Shown piece by piece: positions 1-6,582 of a stretch of DNA of 24,000 bases. How positions within the stretch are numbered: position 1 is the first letter of the stretch; each line of letters starts with the position of its first letter. Made by a program: the position numbers and the translations under genes. Under the pieces are notes generated by a model, which did no database searches, had not been told where the DNA came from, and saw only the letters and a list, made by a program, of their open reading frames with translations. This stretch comes from Clostridiales bacterium (GTDB taxonomy: Bacteria; Bacillota; Clostridia; Saccharofermentanales; Saccharofermentanaceae): contig JAFZHS010000013.1 in NCBI GenBank assembly GCA_017554745.1, positions 206,964 through 230,963 on the forward strand, in the 5' to 3' direction.

Positions 1-86
1 GCTTTGCCGCCTTTGTTTATAAACGAAGAAGGCTCCGGCAGCCTGACTGAAAGGACTGCCCGTATATATGAGGAGGAACATACGGA

Positions 87-905
87 TTGCTTTATCTAGT
101 TGGTACACCTATCGGAAACCTTGATGATATGTCTCCGAGAGCATGTGAAGTGCTCAAAAACGTTGACGTCATAGCCTGTGAAGATACGAGAGTAACAGGC
201 ATCCTGCTGTCGAATCTCGGCATCACGGGCAAGCGCCTTATCGCTTACCACGAGCACAACAAGGCTGCCAGCGGCAACGGCATCATTGACCTTCTGAAGC
301 AGGGCCTCGATGTCGCTGAAGTATCCGATGCGGGTATGCCCGCCATCAGCGATCCGGGCGCAGACTTAGCTTTGCTTGCTGCTGAGAACGGCATTGAGAT
401 ATCCGTAATCCCTGGACCTTCTGCTGTTACTGCTGCTCTGAGCATTTCCGGTCTTGATACCAGATATTTCCATTTCGAAGGCTTCCTTCCTTCGGAGGGA
501 TCGAAAAGACGCGAAAGACTTAAAGCCCTGACACTGATAGGCGAGACCATAGTCCTTTATGAGGCACCGCACCGCTTAAAGAAGCTCCTTGACGAGCTTA
601 CCGATAACGGCTTCGGCTGCAATAAGATCGCGTTATGCCGTGAGCTCACCAAGAAATACGAAGAAGTGCTCCGCATGACCGTTGACGAGGCTGTCGGTTA
701 CTATAAGACCACAGAGCCCAGAGGCGAATTCTGCATTTGCCTTGAGCCGCAGGCGCAGACAGAGATGGTTGCTGCAGGGGATGGCACAAAACTCATAGCC
801 ATGCTGAAAGAGAAGGGTATGTCATCTAAGGATATAGCTTCAGTCGTGTCTGAGTATACGGGGATGAACAAGAAGGAAGCGTATAAGATAGCAAGCGAGA
901 GCTGA
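87..905 (+). CDS. rsmI: 16S rRNA (cytidine1402-2'-O)-methyltransferase RsmI
   Basis: 272-aa ORF. The N-terminus LYLVGTPIGNLDDMSPRA...IACEDTR is the typical RsmI/tetrapyrrole-methylase-fold signature. TTG start at 87, with AGGAGG at 71-76 (10-nt spacer). Lies upstream of metG and tatD, as yabC does in Bacillus. Confidence 0.9.
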   Translation: MLYLVGTPIGNLDDMSPRACEVLKNVDVIACEDTRVTGILLSNLGITGKRLIAYHEHNKAASGNGIIDLLKQGLDVAEVSDAGMPAISDPGADLALLAAENGIEISVIPGPSAVTAALSISGLDTRYFHFEGFLPSEGSKRRERLKALTLIGETIVLYEAPHRLKKLLDELTDNGFGCNKIALCRELTKKYEEVLRMTVDEAVGYYKTTEPRGEFCICLEPQAQTEMVAAGDGTKLIAMLKEKGMSSKDIASVVSEYTGMNKKEAYKIASES

Positions 906-915
906 TAAGTGATTG

Positions 916-1716
916 CTATTTGAAGTTAGTTCTAATCATGTCATCAATTACATCAGTGTTTAAAGGCGTTGTTGATGATTCAAATGAGAAGAATAGCCTG
1001 TCGCCTTGGAAGATTTTCTCCTGAGAATACAGATTAACCCTTTTTACCATATCCTCGGTATAGTTTGGATCATCCATTTTCCCGCAGTGCTCGAGATAAA
1101 CGATTTTCCGGTCACTCATCCTCAGGATTGAGAAGTCAGGGTGTATTATTTCGTTTCCGACCAAGAGCGGACATTCGTACTTATAAGGTATTCCATTTGC
1201 CCAAAGCCTGTCTGCGATTACTAATTCTGACTTCGATCTTACATGATCTCCTTTAAGCGTAACGAATGTATTGTCTTTGTTTGAAGGCTTACGTTTGTAG
1301 GGCTGAGCCAGCCACTTGTTTGCATATTCTTCATCGGAAAGAACGATGGGTTTAGCAAGTTTTTTGCGTTCGGGTGTCAAGCTGTCAAATATCTCTTCCA
1401 TAACAGCTTCAGGATAGATTTCAAGTGATTTTTGTATAGCTGAGGATTCCAGCTTTGCTGCTTTTAATACGTTTTCAAGATAATTCTTTTGAATCAGTTT
1501 TTTGATTAACTCGGCATTATCCATGTTCAGATATTTCATGCCAGATTCCAGCCCTTCATGGTAATAGTGAAAGGTGTTCTTTCGATGCTTAATAGAAATC
1601 CTTCCTTCAGGCGAAGCTTTGAGTTTCTTTTCTATTTCGCTTATCGTTTGTGTAACGAGTGCTTGTCTTTTGATTAACTCGGTTCTGAGATTTATGGACA
1701 TATCTGGAAACCTCAT
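916..1716 (-). CDS. Hypothetical protein: helical N-terminal half and a putative PD-(D/E)XK (TnsA-N/Hjc-like) nuclease-fold C-terminal half
   Basis: 266-aa ORF with no competing ORF of similar size. The C-terminal motif order is VRSKSELVIADRL ... IIHPDFSI ... VYLEHCGK, which resembles S/E ... PD ... E-x-K-type nuclease cores (by-eye only). The start may instead be the ATG at 1701, which has GAGG 9 nt upstream; the 1716 ATG has AAGGA only 3 nt upstream. A TATAAT on the minus strand lies at 1737-1732. Confidence 0.6.
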   Translation of the reverse strand: MRFPDMSINLRTELIKRQALVTQTISEIEKKLKASPEGRISIKHRKNTFHYYHEGLESGMKYLNMDNAELIKKLIQKNYLENVLKAAKLESSAIQKSLEIYPEAVMEEIFDSLTPERKKLAKPIVLSDEEYANKWLAQPYKRKPSNKDNTFVTLKGDHVRSKSELVIADRLWANGIPYKYECPLLVGNEIIHPDFSILRMSDRKIVYLEHCGKMDDPNYTEDMVKRVNLYSQEKIFQGDRLFFSFESSTTPLNTDVIDDMIRTNFK

Positions 1717-1759
1717 TGTCCTTTTTGCCTGATTATATGACGGTAATTGTCGAAATACT

Positions 1760-1792
1760 GTCTCAACGTTGTGTTTGGCTGAATATTGAGAC
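1760..1792. repeat. 7-bp inverted repeat GTCTCAA / TTGAGAC with a 19-nt spacer
   Basis: gtctcaa at 1760-1766 and ttgagac at 1786-1792 are exact reverse complements. The pair sits about 25-55 nt upstream of the minus-strand TATAAT (1737-1732) of the 916-1716 gene, so it is a possible operator or hairpin. Confidence 0.35.
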
Positions 1793-1841
1793 TAGTCTTA
1801 ATAATTCCTTGAAAATGTAAAAGCTAACGAAGCTCAAAAGA

Positions 1842-1933
1842 GTGGTCATAAATTACGGAAAAGATGACCATTACGACCACCTTTTTGCAAATTGGTGGTC
1901 GTAACTGAGCTCAAAATGTCTCTTTACGACCAC
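1842..1933. repeat. Array of five GTGGTCRTAA-type motifs in alternating orientation
   Basis: gtggtcataa 1842-1851 (+); atgacca 1864-1870 (rc, partial); ttacgaccacc 1871-1881 (rc); ggtggtcgtaa 1894-1904 (+); ttacgaccac 1924-1933 (rc). 1871-1881 pairs perfectly with 1894-1904 (11 bp). 1895-1904 pairs perfectly with 1924-1933 (10 bp). These two hairpins are mutually exclusive. Confidence 0.8.
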
Positions 1934-1947
1934 TTTCTGTACTCTTC

Positions 1948-1976
1948 TTGAAAACACCGGGATAAATCACTATAAT
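1948..1976 (+). promoter_or_regulatory. SigA-type promoter of metG
   Basis: TTGAAA at 1948-1953, a 17-nt spacer, then TATAAT at 1971-1976. This predicts a leader of about 40 nt before the metG ATG at 2026, which has GAGGAGG at 2014-2020. Confidence 0.7.
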
Positions 1977-2025
1977 CTTTAAATTACGCGCGAACTAATA
2001 ATATATACGCGCGAGGAGGAACATC

Positions 2026-3969
2026 ATGGCTGAAAAGAAGACATTCTACATCACGACACCGATCTACTATCCGTCGGGCAATCCGCATATCGGACACTGC
2101 TATTCGACTCTTGCATGCGATGCTATCGCAAGAATGAAGCGAATGCAGGGCTATGATGTAATGTTCCTTACAGGTACTGACGAGCATGGTCAGAAGATTG
2201 AGAAGAAGGCACAGGAATTAGGCACGACACCTAAGGCTTATGTTGATGAGATCGTTGCAAACTTCAAAAAGCTCTGGTCGACAATGGGTATCCAGTATGA
2301 CAGGTTCATCAGAACTACTGACGATTACCATGTTCAGACCGTTCAGAACATATTCAAGAAACTCTACGATGACGGTTATATCTACAAGAGCGAGTACAAG
2401 GGTAAGTATTGCACACCTTGTGAGTCATTCTGGACAGAGAGCCAGCTCGTTGACGGAAAGTGCCCTGACTGCGGAAGAGAAGTAACGGACGCTTCTGAAG
2501 AGGCTTATTTCTTCAAGCTTTCAGAGTTCGAGCCGAGGCTTCGTGAGCTTCTGCTCGATGAGGAGAAGAACTTCCTTAATCCTAAGTCCAGAGTTAATGA
2601 GATGGTCCACAACTTCCTGGATCCCGGTCTTCAGGATCTTTGCGTATCGAGAACGAGCTTTAAGTGGGGTATACCTGTAACATTTGATGACAAGCACATC
2701 GTTTATGTCTGGATCGATGCTCTTACAAACTATATCTCTGCGTTGGGATTCATGAATGATACTTACAATGAGTATGAGAAGTACTGGCCTGCAGATATGC
2801 ATGTAATGGCAAAGGAGATCGTAAGATTCCATTCGCTCATCTGGCCTGCAATCCTTATGGCTTTGGGTGAACCTTTACCTAAGAAGGTATATGGTCACGG
2901 CTGGATCACGTTTGGTGAAGGCGGCGGAAAGATGAGTAAGTCCAAGGGCAATGTCGTTGATCCGTTCTTCCTTTGCGAGAGATACGGCGTTGACGCTTTG
3001 AGATATCACCTCTTAAGAGAGATGGTATTCGGTTCTGACTGTCCTTATTCAAATGAGCAGATGTTCGCAAGGATCAATTCTGACCTTGCAAACGACTTGG
3101 GTAACCTCGTTTCCAGAACGGTTGCGATGGCTATCAAGTATTTTGACGGTACGCTTCCTGAAGAAAAAGAATTCACAGATGCCGATAACGAACTTCTTGA
3201 GCAGCTCGATGCGCTTCCTGAATTTGTTTCAGAAGCATATGAGACCATGCGCTTCTCTGACGGTCTTGCAAAGATCTTCACGGTTATCGCCAGAGCCAAC
3301 AAGTACATTGACGAGAACGAGCCCTGGAAGCTTGCTAAGGATGAGACAGCAAAGCCCCGTCTTGCAGCTGTTCTTTACAATCTCCTGGATGCTATCAGAC
3401 GCGTTGCTATCCTTTTGCAGCCCGTAATGCCTCATACATCACCTAAGATCTTTGAGCAGATCGGTGCTGATGAGTCTAATACCACATGGGATTCTGCAAG
3501 CGTAAGACACGCTCTTGCCGCTGATGTTACCGTTCAGAAGGGCGAGGTCCTCTTCCCGAGAATCGACATCGACAAGGAAGTAGAAGAGCTCAATAAGCTT
3601 TTCCCTGCAGCAGAAGAGAAGGGCAAAGACTTAGAGCCGTTAAAGCCTCTTACGAAGTTCGATAACTTCGCAGCATTGGATCTCAGAGCTGTTAAGGTGC
3701 TTGAGTGCGAGAACGTTCCGAAGTCTGACAAGCTCTTAAAGTTCAAGGTAGATGACGGATTCGGCGAGAGACAGGTCCTTTCAGGCATTGCAAAGTACTA
3801 TAAGCCGGAAGATCTTATCGGCAAGACACTTGCCATGATCGTTAACCTGGAGCCCAGAAAGATGATGGGCTACGAGAGCAACGGCATGATCCTCTCCGTT
3901 AAGTACGGTGACGGTTACCGCGTTGTCGAGTTCGACGATTCGGTACTGCCCGGTTCGGATATCTCGTAA
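2026..3969 (+). CDS. metG: Methionine--tRNA ligase with C-terminal tRNA-binding (Trbp111/EMAP-like) domain
   Basis: 647 aa. Contains a HIGH-type motif (GNPHIGHCY), KMSKS (GGGKMSKSKGN) and a zinc knuckle (CTPCE...CPDCG). The C-terminus LDLRAVKVLECENVPKSDKLLKFKVDDG is typical of the appended tRNA-binding domain. Confidence 0.97.
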   Translation: MAEKKTFYITTPIYYPSGNPHIGHCYSTLACDAIARMKRMQGYDVMFLTGTDEHGQKIEKKAQELGTTPKAYVDEIVANFKKLWSTMGIQYDRFIRTTDDYHVQTVQNIFKKLYDDGYIYKSEYKGKYCTPCESFWTESQLVDGKCPDCGREVTDASEEAYFFKLSEFEPRLRELLLDEEKNFLNPKSRVNEMVHNFLDPGLQDLCVSRTSFKWGIPVTFDDKHIVYVWIDALTNYISALGFMNDTYNEYEKYWPADMHVMAKEIVRFHSLIWPAILMALGEPLPKKVYGHGWITFGEGGGKMSKSKGNVVDPFFLCERYGVDALRYHLLREMVFGSDCPYSNEQMFARINSDLANDLGNLVSRTVAMAIKYFDGTLPEEKEFTDADNELLEQLDALPEFVSEAYETMRFSDGLAKIFTVIARANKYIDENEPWKLAKDETAKPRLAAVLYNLLDAIRRVAILLQPVMPHTSPKIFEQIGADESNTTWDSASVRHALAADVTVQKGEVLFPRIDIDKEVEELNKLFPAAEEKGKDLEPLKPLTKFDNFAALDLRAVKVLECENVPKSDKLLKFKVDDGFGERQVLSGIAKYYKPEDLIGKTLAMIVNLEPRKMMGYESNGMILSVKYGDGYRVVEFDDSVLPGSDIS

Positions 3970-3975
3970 TAAACC

Positions 3976-4821
3976 GTGAGAGATCCCGTTTACTACAGCG
4001 GAAGTGCGAAGTTCTTTGATACTCACGCACATATCTATGACAGAAAATATGAAGCCGCCGGTATAAGCACGGAGGAGATCTTGCAGCGATGCAAGGCGTC
4101 CGGCATTACCGGCGTTCTTATTCCCGCAGACAGCGAAGAGACGAGCCGTATAGCCGTTGATATGGCAAATAAGTACGACGGCTTTGAGGGCATCGCTCTG
4201 TACGCCTCTGTGGGTGTCCATCCGCACGAAGCGAAAACATATACCCAAGCTACCGACGAATACTTAAGAAACGCTCTGGAGGCCCGTAAAGGCCAAAAGA
4301 TAATGGCTTTGGGCGAGATAGGCCTCGATTACTACTATGACCTGTCAGAGCGAAGCGTCCAAAGAGAGGTTTTCGAGAAGCAGCTTGAGATGGCATATGA
4401 ATATGACGTGCCGGTGATCCTTCACGAGAGGGACGCGACGGGTGACTGTCTGGACATTCTGAGGCGTTTCTTTAAGGCGGGAAAACTGAGAGATGTGGCC
4501 GGTGTGTGTCATTGCTGTTCGTGCTCTGCGGAAGCCTCTGCTGAACTGGTTAAGATGGGCTTTTTCATCGGGTTTGACGGCCCGCTGACCTTTAAGAACA
4601 ATAAAAAGACGCCGGAAGTCGCGCTCAATACTCCTTGGGACCGTATCGTTATCGAGACGGACAGCCCGTATCTGACGCCTGAGCCTAACAGGGGGCTTAT
4701 CAACGAGCCGTGCCATGTTGCCTATGTATGCGGGAAACTTGCACAGATAAAGGGCGTGACTATTGATGAAGCGGCGCAAATAACCTATGATAACGGCAAG
4801 AAGCTTTTCGGAGTGAACTGA
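3976..4821 (+). CDS. tatD: TatD-family metal-dependent hydrolase/DNase (YabD-like)
   Basis: 281 aa. Has FFDTHAHI near the N-terminus, GEIGLDYYY, an ILHERDA-type motif and IETDSPYL. Conserved position immediately after metG. GTG start at 3976, 6 nt after the metG stop. Confidence 0.85.
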   Translation: MRDPVYYSGSAKFFDTHAHIYDRKYEAAGISTEEILQRCKASGITGVLIPADSEETSRIAVDMANKYDGFEGIALYASVGVHPHEAKTYTQATDEYLRNALEARKGQKIMALGEIGLDYYYDLSERSVQREVFEKQLEMAYEYDVPVILHERDATGDCLDILRRFFKAGKLRDVAGVCHCCSCSAEASAELVKMGFFIGFDGPLTFKNNKKTPEVALNTPWDRIVIETDSPYLTPEPNRGLINEPCHVAYVCGKLAQIKGVTIDEAAQITYDNGKKLFGVN

Positions 4822-4822
4822 T

Positions 4823-5296
4823 ATGAAGAGAAAAGAAATAATCCTGATCGTAATCACAGTGATCCTTGTGGGTGTTCTTATAGGCGGTTATATCTATGAC
4901 AACAATACTGCTTTGCTCGAGAGGACCAATAATATAGCGATTAAAGAAGATGAGAATCTTGAGATCGTTAAGGTCAAGAAGGTCGGATTCATGTATGCGC
5001 GCGCTGCATATGAAGCAAAACTGCGTGTCAAAAACAATGACTGGGATTACTATATTCTGGATATAGCTTTGAATTACGGCGGTACGGGCCAAATGCTCGA
5101 TTATGAGCAGTATAAGGAGTTTGAAGCTTCAACCCTTGACGGATGCACGATCAAGCCGAACCCGAGGGAAGACTCGTTTATCTGGATATTCGGAGCTCAT
5201 ATTAAGGAGAATTCCGACGAGAATGTCTTCTATGTCGTAACCCGCGAAGACGCTGACAGTAAGGCTTTTGTCTATATCTATTACTCGCGGAAATAA
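4823..5296 (+). CDS. Hypothetical N-terminally membrane-anchored protein
   Basis: 157-aa ORF. The ATG is 1 nt after the tatD stop. N-terminal MKRKE is followed by the hydrophobic helix IILIVITVILVGVLIGGYIY. No recognisable family. Confidence 0.5.
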   Translation: MKRKEIILIVITVILVGVLIGGYIYDNNTALLERTNNIAIKEDENLEIVKVKKVGFMYARAAYEAKLRVKNNDWDYYILDIALNYGGTGQMLDYEQYKEFEASTLDGCTIKPNPREDSFIWIFGAHIKENSDENVFYVVTREDADSKAFVYIYYSRK

Positions 5297-5324
5297 ATAC
5301 CGTAGGGATTTTTAAAATTCGTTG

Positions 5325-5354
5325 TTGACATATCTTCGGTATTTGTTTTATAAT
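5325..5354 (+). promoter_or_regulatory. SigA-type promoter of the tRNA operon
   Basis: TTGACA at 5325-5330, an 18-nt spacer, then TATAAT at 5349-5354. This is about 33 nt upstream of tRNA-Val. Confidence 0.7.
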
Positions 5355-5386
5355 TCATTCGCGCTTTGAATAAAGGTGTGGCTAAC

Positions 5387-5462
5387 GGAAGCTTAGCTCA
5401 GCTGGGAGAGCATCTGCCTTACAAGCAGAGGGTCACAGGTTCGAGCCCTGTAGTTTCCACCA
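5387..5462 (+). tRNA. tRNA-Val (anticodon TAC), CCA encoded
   Basis: Hand-folded cloverleaf, 76 nt total. Acceptor GGAAGCT/AGTTTCC (one G-U pair). Anticodon arm TCTGC-CTTACAA-GCAGA. T arm ACAGG-TTCGAGC-CCTGT. Terminal ACCA. Confidence 0.9.
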
Positions 5463-5469
5463 ATGGTAC

Positions 5470-5547
5470 GGCGCAGTAGTTCAGCCTGGTTAGAATGCCA
5501 GCCTGTCACGCTGGAGGTCGAGGGTTCGAGCCCCTTCTGCGTCGCCA
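5470..5547 (+). tRNA. tRNA-Asp (anticodon GTC), CCA encoded
   Basis: Hand-folded, 78 nt total. Acceptor GGCGCAG/CTGCGTC (one G-U pair). Anticodon arm CCAGC-CTGTCAC-GCTGG. T arm GAGGG-TTCGAGC-CCCTT. Terminal GCCA. Confidence 0.9.
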
Positions 5548-5592
5548 TTAACTTTAGGCCGAGCACTTTATAAGGTGTTCGGCCTAACTCTT

Positions 5593-5668
5593 GCTCAGAT
5601 AGCTCAGTCGGTAGAGCAGGGGACTGAAAATCCCCGTGTCGGCAGTTCGATTCTGTCTCTGAGCACCA
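5593..5668 (+). tRNA. tRNA-Phe (anticodon GAA), CCA encoded
   Basis: Hand-folded, 76 nt total. Acceptor GCTCAGA/TCTGAGC. Anticodon arm GGGGA-CTGAAAA-TCCCC. T arm GGCAG-TTCGATT-CTGTC. Terminal ACCA. Confidence 0.9.
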
Positions 5669-5678
5669 AAGCTTTAGG

Positions 5679-5724
5679 ACTCTTTCTTTTGTCATAGTTA
5701 AGATGCAAAAGAAAGAGTTTTTTA
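5679..5724 (+). terminator. Rho-independent terminator of the tRNA operon
   Basis: Perfect 13-bp stem: actctttcttttg (5679-5691) with caaaagaaagagt (5706-5718). The loop is 14 nt, and a run of six T follows (5718-5723). Confidence 0.8.
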
Positions 5725-5741
5725 CTAAACGGAGAAGAAAA

Positions 5742-6416
5742 ATGACTTTAAAGAAAAGATTGAATCCGGCTTTGTCTACGATGCTTTTCCTGCTGGTAGC
5801 AGTAGCATGCCAGGTAGTAGCCATAAAACTGTTTCCTTACATCGTCGGTAAAGAGCTTACTGAACCTACTGCATATATCCTTACCCGCATGATGGAAGGA
5901 TATCTGCTCCTTCTGACCGTCATATTCACGTTTACTACCGAGCTTAAGATCCATTTGGAATGCTTCAAGCCCAGCAAAGAGAATCTCAAGAAGGATATCT
6001 TCTGGGGAGTCATCTTATCGGCTGCGCTTATCGTTATTCTGTTCATAATCAGACTCGTACAGAACCAGTTCTTCCCCGAGATCGCAGCAAGACCGTATTT
6101 TGGCCTCTATCTCGGTACGTATATGCGCTGGTTCTATCCCATCAGTGCAATATTGCAGGAAATGTTCGTTAAGGGCGTAGTAGAGGACAACATTACCGCT
6201 GCATGCCCCAAATACAACAAGCATTTCTCTATCTGGGTAACTTCACTTTTCTTCTTCGTTCTGCATATGGGTTACGGTATCCCCATGATGTTCGGTGCGG
6301 CTATCCTCTGCGCGGCAACAGGTTATCTCTATGAGAAGACCAAGTCCGTATATGGAAGCACCTTGATCCATCTTGTTATCGGATTCGTTCCGAAGATGCT
6401 CGGCGTAACACCTTAA
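5742..6416 (+). CDS. CPBP-family (CAAX protease/Abi-like) intramembrane protease, multi-pass membrane protein
   Basis: Motifs in CPBP order: ILQEMFVKG (EExxxR-like), FFFVLHMGY (FxxxH) and LIHLVIGF (H-motif, divergent). There are several hydrophobic helices. I prefer the ATG at 5742 (GGAGA 6 nt upstream) over the track start at 5703, which lies in the loop of the tRNA terminator. Confidence 0.6.
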   Translation: MTLKKRLNPALSTMLFLLVAVACQVVAIKLFPYIVGKELTEPTAYILTRMMEGYLLLLTVIFTFTTELKIHLECFKPSKENLKKDIFWGVILSAALIVILFIIRLVQNQFFPEIAARPYFGLYLGTYMRWFYPISAILQEMFVKGVVEDNITAACPKYNKHFSIWVTSLFFFVLHMGYGIPMMFGAAILCAATGYLYEKTKSVYGSTLIHLVIGFVPKMLGVTP

Positions 6417-6582
6417 GCAACCCAACATTAACATTGTTACAAATCTGACAAAGGCCTGTAATTATTGCATATTACAGTTTGTTGACAATACGTTTCCGCG
6501 CGGCTGTTAACAAGAATCCTTATGCTATACTCCAAATTGACAGTAGGATAAATAAGCAATTTTTGTCAATTATGGGGTAGCC

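Noticed and set aside
1737-1820. 27-codon plus-strand small ORF (MTVIVEILSQRCVWLNIETSLNNSLKM) in the rsmI-metG intergenic region.
   Set aside because: It has no SD or promoter that I could support, and it overlaps the likely promoter of the divergent gene. There is no evidence beyond an open frame.
1717-2025. T-box riboswitch upstream of metG. Methionyl-tRNA synthetase genes are often T-box regulated in Firmicutes, and the element GGTGGTCGTAA superficially recalls the T-box GGUGGNACCGCG.
   Set aside because: A near-consensus promoter (TTGAAA-17-TATAAT, 1948-1976) lies downstream of the repeats, leaving only a leader of about 40 nt. I found no proper AGGGUGGNACCGCG box, specifier loop or stem I features, and no terminator between the promoter and the ATG.
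5548-5592. Hairpin aggccgagcac...gtgttcggcct (about 5556-5587) between tRNA-Asp and tRNA-Phe, considered as a terminator or small RNA.
   Set aside because: No T-run follows it and it sits inside a tRNA operon. It is most simply a spacer or processing structure and not noteworthy on its own.
5703-5741. Track start codon (ATG 5703) for the CPBP-family ORF.
   Set aside because: The ATG lies in the loop of the tRNA-operon terminator and has no SD. The ATG at 5742 has GGAGA at optimal spacing.
5393-5824. 143-aa minus-strand ORF from the track.
   Set aside because: It lies antisense across three well-folding tRNA genes and their terminator. It is an artefact of the open frame, not a gene.
5387-6416. 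tRNA-Phe as an integration site for a genomic island carrying the CPBP/Abi gene.
   Set aside because: There is no integrase, excisionase or transposase gene. I saw no repeat of the tRNA-Phe 3' end downstream that would mark an attachment site. The CPBP gene is followed by ordinary chromosomal genes.
6456-6480. Terminator after the CPBP gene (ctgtaat ... attacag followed by TTTGTTG). A similar weak hairpin occurs at 9293-9329 after the 8122-9267 gene.
   Set aside because: The stems are only 6-7 bp and AU-rich, with large loops. They are too weak to call as terminators with any confidence.
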